Origin: Diplonema japonicum
Lineage: Eukaryota > Protista > Euglenozoa: Diplonemea
DNA: 64,000 nucleotides
Assembly: GCA_964019335.1 (NCBI GenBank)
Contig: OZ025651.1
Coordinates: 1 to 64,000 of the forward strand
Direction: 5' to 3'
Shown in pieces: positions 23,321 to 33,899 of the stretch. Position 1 is the stretch's first letter; each line of letters begins with the position of its first letter. The position numbers and the translations under genes were made by a program. The notes beneath the pieces were generated by a model. It saw nothing but the letters and a program-made list of their open reading frames with translations. It searched no databases and had not been told where the DNA came from.

Positions 23321-24400
23321 CTACAGCTTCTCCATGACGAAAAGGTGCATGGGGGTGAAGCAATTGGACTTGCCACCCCTGACAAGGCCGTCGGCGGCCC
23401 TAAGAAGCATGCCGTGGATGGAGACGGTTCCAGACTCTGCGAGGCCAAGGGTCTCCATGGTGAAGCAGGTGACGTGGGTGAGCTGGTACTGCCACCAAGA
23501 CATGTCCAGACGGTGGTACCAGGGGCGTGTACCTTCGTTGTCCTGAGCAAGGTCCTCCTCGAAGATGACCTTGAAACCCACCTCAGCGGCGACCTTCCTG
23601 ATCTCCTCGGGGGTCCTCATGGGGGGCAGACCGTTTCCGTACTCGATTTCCGTGAGGATGTCCTTGTGGTCCTTGTTGTTGGCGTCGTAGCCCTTGGCAG
23701 TGATCCATTCGTAGGTGGCGAACCTCCCACCCTTCTTCAGCACCCTGTGAATTTCACCGTACACATCGGCCAGCTTGGGCGCGTGGCATGTCGCCTCGAT
23801 CGCGTACACAGCGTCAAGGCTCTCGTCTTCCCACCTCAGCTTCGTGAAGTCACCCTGCTCGAACGCCACCTTGCCCTCCATCCCCTGCTTCGCTGTGTGC
23901 AGCTTGGCGCGTGCCACCTGGTAGTCGTTCAGCGTAACGCCAGTCACATGAGCTCCGGAGTGCCTCGCGATCTGCCTTGCTGGCCCGCCCACACCACACC
24001 CACAGTCCAGTACCTTGTCACCAGTCTTCAGACCAAGCACGTCGGCCAGCCTGTCTTCGTGCCTCGCAATGCTCTCATCGTGTCCCTCGTCTTTCTTGGT
24101 GTGAGCAAAGTGGAACGACTGTCCCCATCCGTACTCGTAAAAGTCAGTCGCCATGTTGTAGTACTGGTTCACCATCTCGACATCCCTAGCGTTATCAGTC
24201 GTCTGCTTCCTGTCGTAGTCCTTGATCTCCTCGGCAAGGGAGCCCTTCTCAAGGTTCCTTGCACCCGCCTGATCGCCGTGGAAGATGTTGATCATCCCGG
24301 GCACGTCGTTCCTGGGGAAGATCCTCCACGACTCCAGTCCGAACACCCATGCGCTGGCAACGCCACCTGCAATGGCCAGAAAGAACAACTTACCGAGCAT
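23321..24400 (-). CDS. SMT1: Sterol 24-C-methyltransferase
   Basis: YEYGWGQSFHFA, VLDCGCGVGGP, YAIEATCHAP and IEYGNGLP. Likely start MLGKLFF at 24400. Confidence 0.95.
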   Translation of the reverse strand: MLGKLFFLAIAGGVASAWVFGLESWRIFPRNDVPGMINIFHGDQAGARNLEKGSLAEEIKDYDRKQTTDNARDVEMVNQYYNMATDFYEYGWGQSFHFAHTKKDEGHDESIARHEDRLADVLGLKTGDKVLDCGCGVGGPARQIARHSGAHVTGVTLNDYQVARAKLHTAKQGMEGKVAFEQGDFTKLRWEDESLDAVYAIEATCHAPKLADVYGEIHRVLKKGGRFATYEWITAKGYDANNKDHKDILTEIEYGNGLPPMRTPEEIRKVAAEVGFKVIFEEDLAQDNEGTRPWYHRLDMSWWQYQLTHVTCFTMETLGLAESGTVSIHGMLLRAADGLVRGGKSNCFTPMHLFVMEKL

Positions 24401-24604
24401 TCTAAGTATTTTCTTTTTATAATAACTGTATGAGAGAATAACAAAGGAAACAACAACAGACCAAAATGAGTAGCACAGCACATGCATGAAAACTAGAAAA
24501 CGTAAGTAGAAGCAAGATAGTGGCTGCTAAGGCAGGTTCGCTTGAGTCTGGTAGTCCAGACGCGTGGTGCCTAGAGACACGAGTAAAGAAATGCTATTCA
24601 TAGA

Positions 24605-25471
24605 TCACACTATGAAAATCTCATCAACAACTTGCTCAAGTACCATGTAGATAGAAGAGCAGCATCCAACTACAGTACACATTGCTACGCCTAAAGTAAA
24701 ATATGCAGACTGACACTCTTCAAAGGAACTGGGCAACGCATCAACAGCATCATTTGCCCAACCCCTACAATACCAACATAGCGCTACAGTCACTAGATGT
24801 TTGGCCGGCCCAAGCCAGAAGAAAACCTTTTGTGAGACCGTCAAGGGGAAAAGGGCGACGGAGATGAGACACATCAGGAACCTCACAGGCAGAAGCTGGA
24901 TGGGCGTGGCTGGCGAGACGAGATGCGTGGAGCGTAGCAAGTGCCATGAGTAGGTGAGGGAGGCAACAGGAAGCCATGCCCTGGCCATGATGAGGTATGG
25001 GAGGGCAATGCGCAGGGCAAGTGCTTCGAAGGAAATGGTGCCGAAGAAGTTCTCTGCATTTGGCAGATAGCTGGACACAAAGTCAAATAGCACTGTCGGA
25101 GCGAAAAGGAAAGAGTGCGAGATGCTGACAAGAGCGTGTTCATCTTCTGGGTAATCCCCTCCATCACCGCCCACCCCAAGAAGCTTACAGCAGATTGCTA
25201 CCTGGAACCATACAAACCAGCACCCTGCACACCACGTCACTGCATCGCCCACTAGAGGTGCTGCGTCGCGCCATCCGACCACACCTAGCGACAGGGCATG
25301 CCACAGCAGCACGCTCATCACCCACATTGCATACCCACCTACCTTGATGACTCCAACACACCCGTACAAAGCACCCCACGCAACATCTGCCATCGTGATG
25401 TTGACCAGCCGCTTCAGCTTACTCTTCCCTGTTTTAAAGGCCAGCTGACCTGCGATGCTGAGAAGCTCCAT
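24605..25471 (-). CDS. Hypothetical multi-pass membrane protein
   Basis: 288-aa ORF with many hydrophobic segments, on the gene strand. Confidence 0.6.
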   Translation of the reverse strand: MELLSIAGQLAFKTGKSKLKRLVNITMADVAWGALYGCVGVIKVGGYAMWVMSVLLWHALSLGVVGWRDAAPLVGDAVTWCAGCWFVWFQVAICCKLLGVGGDGGDYPEDEHALVSISHSFLFAPTVLFDFVSSYLPNAENFFGTISFEALALRIALPYLIMARAWLPVASLTYSWHLLRSTHLVSPATPIQLLPVRFLMCLISVALFPLTVSQKVFFWLGPAKHLVTVALCWYCRGWANDAVDALPSSFEECQSAYFTLGVAMCTVVGCCSSIYMVLEQVVDEIFIV

Positions 25472-25527
25472 GCCGTTTGTGTATTTACCTGCGGGTGGTG
25501 GGCATGCCGCTTGTGAGATAACAGAAG

Positions 25528-25961
25528 CTACGCAGCCAGTTCCTCAAGGATCCTGTAGGCAGCGGTGGCTACCACAGGAATATGTATGCTGGTTAAGCAC
25601 AGGATATCCTTTTGCCTGAGAGTGAAAAAGAAGAGAGGCGAAGCTGTGGCAGCTGCCGTGAGAAGCGACGCCTCAGACGGAGTGAGCGAACCGCTCTGGG
25701 ATTTCAAGTAAGCGACGGATGCTGCCGTAATATGCGCCCCTATCTGTATTGGGTGTTTGAGGTTATTTGCCATACTACTCTGCTCAGTGCATCATCTTTC
25801 CGATCATTTTCGTTCTCTCCCTCTTCTTGGATCTTACCTTTAATCACCCAGTTCAACATCTTCGGTCGCACCATCGATATCACCCCCAGCACTACACCGC
25901 TGCATCCGTACACCGTAGATACCAGCAACTCGTATCGCCCATGAGGCCTTTCATCCGACAT
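25528..25961 (-). CDS. Small hypothetical membrane protein; intron 25744-25775
   Basis: A 32-nt GTATG..CAG intron joins MSDERPH...DALSRV to IGAHITAASV...EELAA in frame. Confidence 0.6.
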
Positions 25962-26045
25962 CCTTGTCTTTGTCACTTTAGCAAATAGTGGCTTGAGAAA
26001 AAAAGCTGAAGATAAACACACTAAACTTCTAGCAGAACATTCTGA

Positions 26046-26891
26046 TCAGTTAGTCTTCTCCTTGCGGCGGGTCTTGAAGATATAGGAGTCAGCAAAGAGC
26101 TTCGCAAAGAGGATCAAGTACGAGGCGTACATGACACCACAGCATGCGAAGTACCAAGTTGTGTACGATGGCGAACACGAGGCAGTCTCTTTAAAGTAGT
26201 AAGAGAAGCCAACGACAGCAGTGCCTACTATCATCTGCGACAGCTGAAGGAGCGTGATGAGGGACCTGAACGGCCTCAGAATGGTGCTGTACTGGGAAAC
26301 AGCAAAGTAGAAGTACATAACGCTGTGAACGAAGTAGTTCATTGTACCGAAGATCAGGGCGGAGGGGGTCCTCTCACCGAACGCAACCCAGCAGTACAGG
26401 AGCACAGTCGCGTGATGCCACCACTGGAGGAACTCGATTCTTTTCCCCATAATAATGAGAAAGAAAGTGTCACCAAGCTCAAGGAACTTACTAAAAGTAA
26501 AGGCGGCAGCAGCAAATCCGACCATCCCATAGCAGGCCCCGTCGGGCTGCTTGAAGATCATGTCGTCAGAGCACACCATGTGGTGCACCAGGTCGCCGCC
26601 CTTGGAGGTCACGAGCTCTATTTCGGCGATGACAAACGTCAAGCATGCGTACAAACCACACCAGCTAAATATTGCCAGCAGTAAGTTCCACAGAGTAAAC
26701 AGGGGTTTCGTGAACCCCCTCGGCAGTCCCTTTCCCATCACCTTCGGAAGCAGCCACACCATCAGCAAGTACGCAGCTACCACCACGCTGGGCGTCACCT
26801 TGTCGGCCCTCACCATGTCCATGTTCACGTGGCACTCATAGTTCTTCACAACAATCTTCAGGTCTGCTAGCAGCAGCGCGAAGGCATCCAT
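26046..26891 (-). CDS. ELO/GNS1-SUR4 fatty acid elongase
   Basis: SKFLELGDTFF, FLQWWHH, NYFVHSVMYFYF, TLLQLSQM and a basic C-terminus. Confidence 0.95.
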   Translation of the reverse strand: MDAFALLLADLKIVVKNYECHVNMDMVRADKVTPSVVVAAYLLMVWLLPKVMGKGLPRGFTKPLFTLWNLLLAIFSWCGLYACLTFVIAEIELVTSKGGDLVHHMVCSDDMIFKQPDGACYGMVGFAAAAFTFSKFLELGDTFFLIIMGKRIEFLQWWHHATVLLYCWVAFGERTPSALIFGTMNYFVHSVMYFYFAVSQYSTILRPFRSLITLLQLSQMIVGTAVVGFSYYFKETASCSPSYTTWYFACCGVMYASYLILFAKLFADSYIFKTRRKEKTN

Positions 26892-27926
26892 GTTGCAGTG
26901 GGAACAAAAGACCTATGGTGCATGTGGTTAAGATTCTCGACGCCGCTTTTTGGAAAGACTTAAGCCGGCCATCAGAGGAGTACGTCTACAATACTAAATA
27001 AAGTGTTTGAAAAGAAAGAAAAGAAAACAGGCTGGTGATTGCTCGGCAAGGGCTTCGTCACCACGAAGCTGCAAGGGCCTCCGGCGTTCGAGGCTCGGAA
27101 TGAACAGCCTTCGTCTAATTGCGGCAGGAGGAATAGGTGTGGAAAGGTGTAGGGCAGAAATCTTTGCTCGGCACAAGTTTTGCATAAACGTAATATTAAA
27201 AAAAACCCCGGGAGGGAAAGAAACGTAACTGAATGAAGAACAAACGTAACCGGCCACCTAAGTGCTGTGGTGCTGTGTAAATGTATCGTTACTCGCGTGC
27301 CTGTGAAAGAAGGGGGGGGGGGGGGGGGGGGAGGGGGAGTTTGTTAAGTGGAAAATTCCAAAAAGTTTCACAAAATAGTGCGTTTTTCGTTCACTTCAGT
27401 TTAAATTTAACATCAAAAAGGAGTCGGATATTTACACCATACAACCCTATTCTAGGCACCTACCTAGTTGTTAAAAAAAAAACAAATCCTTTTCTCCTAA
27501 AAAAAAGGACGATAGAGGAAAAAAAACTGAAAAGGGAACAGAAAATAGAGGGAAAGAAAACATTCTAAAAACAGGTTCAGGACAAGTATCATCATATAGT
27601 ACACAAAAAAAAAAGTTCCTTCTTTTTCTTCCATACCTTTTATCCAGAGAAGAGAGAAAGAGTGAGGAGAACCGAGGCAAAAAATAAGATTTCTCTCTTT
27701 TTTTTTTCCTCTCCATTTTCCGCACTTACATTTACGAGCAATAAAGCCAAATCAACCATTTCTTCTCCCCTCCTTTCCCCCCCCGATCTTTTGTTGGTTG
27801 GCGTTTCTACTCTAGTAAGAAGAAGAAGAAGAAGAAGAAAGAAAAAGAAGAATTCTTTATTGAATAATGAAGAAAAAAAAAGACACTCGAATGAAAACCC
27901 TCTCTCTTCTCTATCTCTTCTCTACT

Positions 27927-28367
27927 CTACTCCTCGTCAGCTTCGTCGAGGTGGATGTTGTAGTACCTCAGCTGGTAGTCCATCTATTGTTTTTTTCCCC
28001 CCCTATCTTTTCCCTTTTTTCTTCTTCTTACCTTTTTTGTGGAAACGGGCCTCAGGTAGTCTCTCAGCTTTTCTCTGAGAAGCCATTTGCGTGTGAGGAA
28101 CTTCAGGTAACGCTTTGCAAAGAGGACCTTGAAGGTGGTCACGGCCACATTCGTTCCATCCACTGTAACCTTTACTTTCTCGCCAAGTTGCCCTGTTTTG
28201 TTATCGATCTTAAGGTGCTCTGTCAGGTAAACCTGCAGAGACGTGGGCTCGAGGAGCCCATCACCGCAAGGGATAGAACAGTCTATGTTGTAGATTAGCT
28301 TGCCTGCCTCGGCTTTCTTCACCCTGGAGTCCTCACGCTTGATCTTCTGAGCTTGCTTGGCGGGCAT
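27927..28367 (-). CDS. RPL22: 60S ribosomal protein L22e; intron 27984-28031
   Basis: IDCSIP..DG, KTGQLG and FAKRYLKFLTRKWL...LRDYLR. Last exon MDYQLRYYNI...EE*. Confidence 0.95.
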
Positions 28368-29121
28368 TTTGATTTTTCTTTTTCTTCTTCCCTTGGGGGA
28401 GTAAGATAATTGCTAGACAAGAATAATAAGAGAGAAAAAAAACTCACAATTCCAAAACCTCACAGTCCACAAGGGAACAGAAAAAAAAATACAATTGAGT
28501 TTAAAAGGAGGTCTTTGCGAGCCTCCCCTGTTCTCCCCGGTCGTGAGGTGGTCTTCTCCCTTGTTGCTTGTCACTTTCCTTTGCAGCTAGAGAAACGAAA
28601 CAGAATAACCGAGGGAAAGAAGAAGGGGGGTAAAAAAAAACTCAGACTTTTTAAACCAAAAGGTTAACCATAGCATAGAACCTTTTGGGGTGACGTAACT
28701 CAAGTTGTATAAAAAAGGGAGAAGGAAAAAAAATGCCACTTTCAAAAAACAAAACAAAACCACGACTTTGTGCTTTTTTTCCCTTTTATTTTCTTCCTTC
28801 TTTTTTTCGCATTTCTGAATTTATTTTGGAATAAAGAAAAAAAAATATTTAAAAAAAAAAAAAAAAACGAAGAAGATCTTTTGCCTTTGTCAACGTGCAC
28901 ACATTAGCGTCACACCGTGTGGGGGCAAAATGCAGATCTTAGAGTACTGAAGAAAGAGAATGAAAAATATGAAATCTTATAATACTAAAAAAAAAAAAAG
29001 AAAAAAGGGCACGTTCTAAACACAGGAATATTTAAGAAAAAGGGGGGGGGGGGGGGGGAAATGCGCAACCGCTGCGCAATCTGTTTTCAGCCAGGAAGAA
29101 AAATAGAAAGTTGATATTGAA

Positions 29122-29228
29122 GGGCAAATCCCACTTGAGGACCACCCTTAGGGAGGTGGGGTTTATCTTTTGACGCTCCCTTTCTGGAGCCTCGCTTTCG
29201 TTCCTGCTACGGACATCAACGTCTTACG
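29122..29228. repeat. Dispersed intergenic element family A, copy 2
   Basis: Homologous to 8089-8200, same orientation. Confidence 0.75.
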
Positions 29229-29597
29229 TAGACGGCTGATACGGTCTCTCTTCAGACGGCCCTAAGGGTCTTTCTCTGATGCAAAAAACTGGCTTTCTAA
29301 TCGCCTGGAAGATTCGCTCGCCTTCTTGGGTTCTTTCCGATTACAGGGGGCACCTCGGCCGAGCTGTAGCTTCTTTCATGCGTGCGGTATGCTCAACCCC
29401 AGATTCTGCACTCGTGCAGTTTAACAAAGAAGAGACAGAAAAGTTGCTTGTTCCCTTCTTTTTCTTTCTTTTGTATGTATTGTAACTTTTCTTCTTTCAA
29501 TTCTTCTTTTCAAATCTTGTTTTCTTACTATTCTAGTAACGGAGGTGTGTTTCTTTTTTAACAGCGGTTTGTGTCCCCTTTTCTTCTTCTTTCGACA

Positions 29598-30572
29598 TCA
29601 CAGAAGATCATCATCCTATTTTTTCTTTTCTTTTTCTCCCTCTCTTGTTTTACGTTCTCACAAACATACCGCAGTTACCCAATTTATGCCATCTCCAGCA
29701 GGGCCCGAGCCCCAGACAGGGAGGAACCAGAGAAGTGGTTGCGTGCCGAATACCTGTTCCCAGTTACGGCGAGTACCAAGGTCGAATTTACCACTTTTTT
29801 TTCTTTTATTTTCCCCCCCTATCCCCATCACATACGCGGAGGCCTCTATAGAGGTCTCGTTACGCATGGCCATCTCAACGTGGAAACCGGCGAAGCAGAC
29901 GAGAAGCGATCCGAAAATACCATCGAACACCAAAGCGACCAACATAAGGGTCTGGTGCCGTGGGCATGTGCTGGTCTTTTTGCAGCTGGTGGGAGGGAGG
30001 GCTTGGTCCCTGAAGAGAAGCAGGATGGTAATCGCCGCGAAGCAACACGCAAGACTCGCGTAGATCAAGAAGAGAACAAAGAACTTCCGGTTGTAGAATC
30101 CGACGGTGTTGGCAACCCACGGACAGAAGTGGTCCATGTTCAACACAAGCCTCTGCGTCATACTATCATAATGCGTCCGGTCTGGCTTCGGACTTTTCGA
30201 TTTTCTGCAGATGAGATGTTCACCAGGTGGTCGTCCCATCGCCTCCTTAACCCACCACTTTGGTACTGTACCCGCGTCTATAAGGACACACTGGAAGTAC
30301 GACACGAGCATCAAGCAGACGAGTACTGTTAGAACCACCTTGCAGACCTGCGCCCGCACACCCATCTCGCTGTTCATAAGAACATACGGAACAAAGGTTA
30401 ACATGGTCAGTACTACCACCACCGCCACCATGGGGGACGACCACAGCCTTACCCCGTAGCATGGCATGCACTGCGGGTGTGCGCTGTGGTCACCACTCCC
30501 CGCTATTGTATGTGCTTTTCCGCGAGGTGCATTGTTTGGGGATATGCTGCTTATCCTGTTCGATGCCTCCAT
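29598..30572 (-). CDS. DHHC-family palmitoyltransferase (DHFC variant); introns 29794-29835 and 29616-29669
   Basis: DAG, KPDRTH, MDHFCPWVANTVGFYNRKFF, NETSIE and FDLG..RNWEQVFG; four TM segments. Confidence 0.9.
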
Positions 30573-30776
30573 GGCAGACCCTCCTTTGCGGTGTGTTTCG
30601 AAAAGAAATATGGCAGTTGGATGGTTCTTGGACAAAAAAAAACTATTTAGAGGGTGGAAAAAATAATAAAAAGGGGGGGAAACGGACCTTTTGTATTTCT
30701 TTTGTGTTAAAAAAAAAACTCCAAATAGAAAGAAAAAGAGAAAAGTACTTATTCAGTACACCTTCCAACACTGGTG

Positions 30777-33020
30777 TCACTCATCCTCGCACGACTCCAG
30801 ACGTGTCTTGAACTCCTCAATTGCGGCTTCTATCAGCACAGGGTCTGCGTAAGGGTTTGCCTCTTCATTGTCTTCTTCGGCGTCCTTCTTGGGGTCGGTC
30901 TTCAGGGCAGCTTCTTGCTGCATCTGCGCGTGCTTTGTTTCGAGCTCTTTCGCGCGCTTCTCCCACCTGCCTTCGTAGTATTTCACGCGCTGTACCTCGC
31001 GTTCAAGGTACTTCTCCATGTCGCTCTTCTCGTTGCTCTTTGGCTTGACCATTACCTTGGGGAGGCGGAAGATGTGTAAGAAGCCGATACGAGTACCCAC
31101 CGCAAGGGCTTCCGTGCGTTCGGATGCTTGGTGCCGCTTGCCCTCTTGGGTGGGCTTGAATTCCATTCGGGTGACGGAGTCCTGAGAGACTGCCTGCGTC
31201 AGAATAGGTTCATGTGAGCGGTCGAGGAGGTCCCACACTTGAACGTTGCCGTCTGCGGTGCCGACAAAGACGACAGAGGGGCGTGTGGGAGACCAGCAGC
31301 CGCAAGTCACCTTGCTGGAGACAAAAGGGCTGCACACTATGGGGATAGGGCAGCCTGCTTTCCAGATCTTAAAAGACCAGTCCCCTGCGGTTATGTAGTA
31401 TTGTGTTAAGGTCGGATGGCGCTGAACTGACAGCGCAGGCCCGTGGTGCCCGACACGCCGCCCGTCGGGGAGGAACCCCGCACACATCTTGACAGGTTGG
31501 ATGCGCACCGACTCGTCGCCACCGTATGAGGTTGACGAGTTGCTCTGCTCCCCAGGTGCCCAGTTGATGTTCACAAACTCACCTTCTTCTGTCACCGCCG
31601 CTGCCATGTACGGGTCGATGGTTTTGTCCTCCAGCTGGATGCGTAGACCGATGACCTCCCCGCTCCCGTCCGGCTTCGTCAGTGGTATCTTGATCAAAGG
31701 GATCCATGGGATCTCTGACTCGTTGCTCTTCCCCTGGACGAGCTTTCGGTACTTGTCCTTTCGCATGTACTCCTTATTCAGATCCCACACAAACATGTAC
31801 CCGTCGCCCGATATCGTCACGAACTGCCGGACGCCCTCGAACACGAACGGGTTCTGCTCTGTCCCGCCCCACGTCTTCTTCATCTTGTTACTCTCGCTGC
31901 CCGGCTGCCCCGAGGGCACGAGCTTCCCATCGAAATTACATTCCAGCCCTCCCGTTATCCACGCTAGGTCGTGCACCGCCCGTTTGTGTCCTGTTTCAAT
32001 CTTCGACAACTCCTTCCACGAGTTCTTGGGTGTCGTCACCCCGTCGCCCTCCTCGCCCTCTCTCTCCTGCGCTTTTTCTTTTTCTCGTTCTCGACCGCCC
32101 TTCTTCCCCTTCTTAGAGGCTTGGGTTTGCTTCGAGAGATCCCACAGCACAACCTGCCCGTTGATGGCACCCCCGACAAGGATACTGTCGTTCGTGGGGT
32201 TGAACTTCACAACATTTATTTCCTGTCAAATGTCAAAAGAACTTGCTGCTTGGCATACCTGAGGGGCCTCGAGCACCCATCTGGGATGGATGGGGTCGGC
32301 AAAGTCCCATATGATGACGAGGGAGGTGAAAACCTTTCTGTTGAGCATGATGCGGTCTGTGTAACCTGTGACAGGAGGGAAGGCCTCCCCTACGGCAACA
32401 CAGACGACACGTGAGCTGCCTGGGCGCCAGTCGATGGAGGTGACGGTCTTGTTCTTGGTGAACTTGTGGTGTTGAAAATTGCCTGCGTCACTGAAGACGG
32501 CATCGTCCTTGGAGCCAAGGAATGTGTCATCGTCCATGAGCTGTGAGAAGTCGTCGCGGAAGAGCTGCAGCACGTTGTTGCAAGTGCAGGAGTGCTCGAT
32601 CCTTGGAAGGACGGACTTGAGGAACTTTGTGATTTGCGGTTCTTTTTCAGCATCGACAGTGCTGTTTCTTGCGTCGGTGACTTGTGTCTGTACTTGTATC
32701 GCAGTGCTCACCTGTCTGAACCACGGTGTCTGCACCTTCGCATCGGCGGTCTCGCACACAGCTTGAACGGATATCTCATGCTCACACCCGATTCCCTTAT
32801 CCTGCCCCAACCTCTCGTAGCTTGGGTCCTTGAACGGTCTGTACTCATGTGTGTGCTCCATTGCGTCCGTCGTCGACAGCTTCACCTCATGGTGCCGCTC
32901 CACGAACACCTGCCGTGGTCGGGAATAGTGTATCTTAATAAGCGGCCGTGTGAGCTTTATCTTCTCCTCTATAATCTCCCTGTCGGCCCCGTAGGGACGG
33001 AAGTTTCTCAAGGTCGTCAT
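30777..33020 (-). CDS. WDR63: Axonemal dynein intermediate chain WDR63/IC140 (WD40); intron 32223-32258
   Basis: WDFADPIHP..VLEAP|EI..VKFNP, GGAINGQVVLWDL, GDWSFKIWK and WSPTRPSV..WDLLDRSHEP. Confidence 0.85.
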
Positions 33021-33134
33021 TTATATTTCTTTTTTCTTTTGTAATTTCTATTCCCCTTCCCCCTCCCACCGCCTCCACTTTGAGGTTTGTTTGTTAAATG
33101 AGTGAGAATGGGGAGGGGGGGAAGAAGTAGTTTT

Positions 33135-33362
33135 CTAACTATCATCGTCCTCCCTCTTCCGTTTCCCCGACACTGCCACGTACAGGTCGTCGCGGAGCCT
33201 TCTCAGTTGCATAACGCCGGCCTTCAGCTTCGCTACCTTTTCATGCGCGGTCTCTTCATCTCCTCTTTTTCTCGCGTCTGTTACTTCTACCATCAGCATG
33301 AAGTTCGCAGTGGTCTGCTTCTTGAAGGCCTCTACCTTCTCGTCTCCTTCCACAGTGTCCAT
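33135..33362 (-). CDS. Small hypothetical helical protein (MDTVEGDEK...GKRKREDDDS)
   Basis: GC-richer, coding-like 75-codon stretch with an NLS-like KRKR. The upstream part of the listed ORF is low-complexity UTR. Confidence 0.5.
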   Translation of the reverse strand: MDTVEGDEKVEAFKKQTTANFMLMVEVTDARKRGDEETAHEKVAKLKAGVMQLRRLRDDLYVAVSGKRKREDDDS

Positions 33363-33899
33363 GGGACCTGACAGGTGGCGGTGGTATACATAAAAAAGAA
33401 AGAACGGAAAAAAAAAAAGAAAAAGACCCCAAACACTGTAAGGAACAGGAGCAGAAAGGGGAACGGGCAGGAGAGGAAAACTCAAAATAAAAAGGGGGAG
33501 AAGAAGGGAGAGGGCAAAAAAAAAAAAAAAAAGAAAAGGGATATCAATATGCATTTTCTCTTTTGTATCTTTTTTTATTGTTGTCTCAAAGAGGATTAAA
33601 AAAAAAAGATACACACTGTTTTCTTTCCTTTTTCTTTTCGTAGTTCGCTCAGTTCTCTTCCTAAAGCTGAAGGTGGGCTTTTGTATAAAAAAAAACTAAA
33701 CTCTGTGGTTATTTAAGGATAAACAAAAATATAACAAAACAAAAAACAAAAAAATCATCTCTCTCAAATATTGTTTCAAACCTTTTATTATTCTTCTTTC
33801 CCACACCCCCTGCTCCGCTGTGTTACAATGGAACAGGGGATTAAAAAAAACACTTTTTTCTTTCCCTTCTTTTACTTCTTTTCTTTTGTTTTTGCACAC

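Noticed and set aside
24520-24590. Resemblance to the 7SL/Alu segment tcgcttgagtc
   Set aside because: Only about 11 nt match, the spacer is too short for an SRP RNA, and no S-domain is visible.
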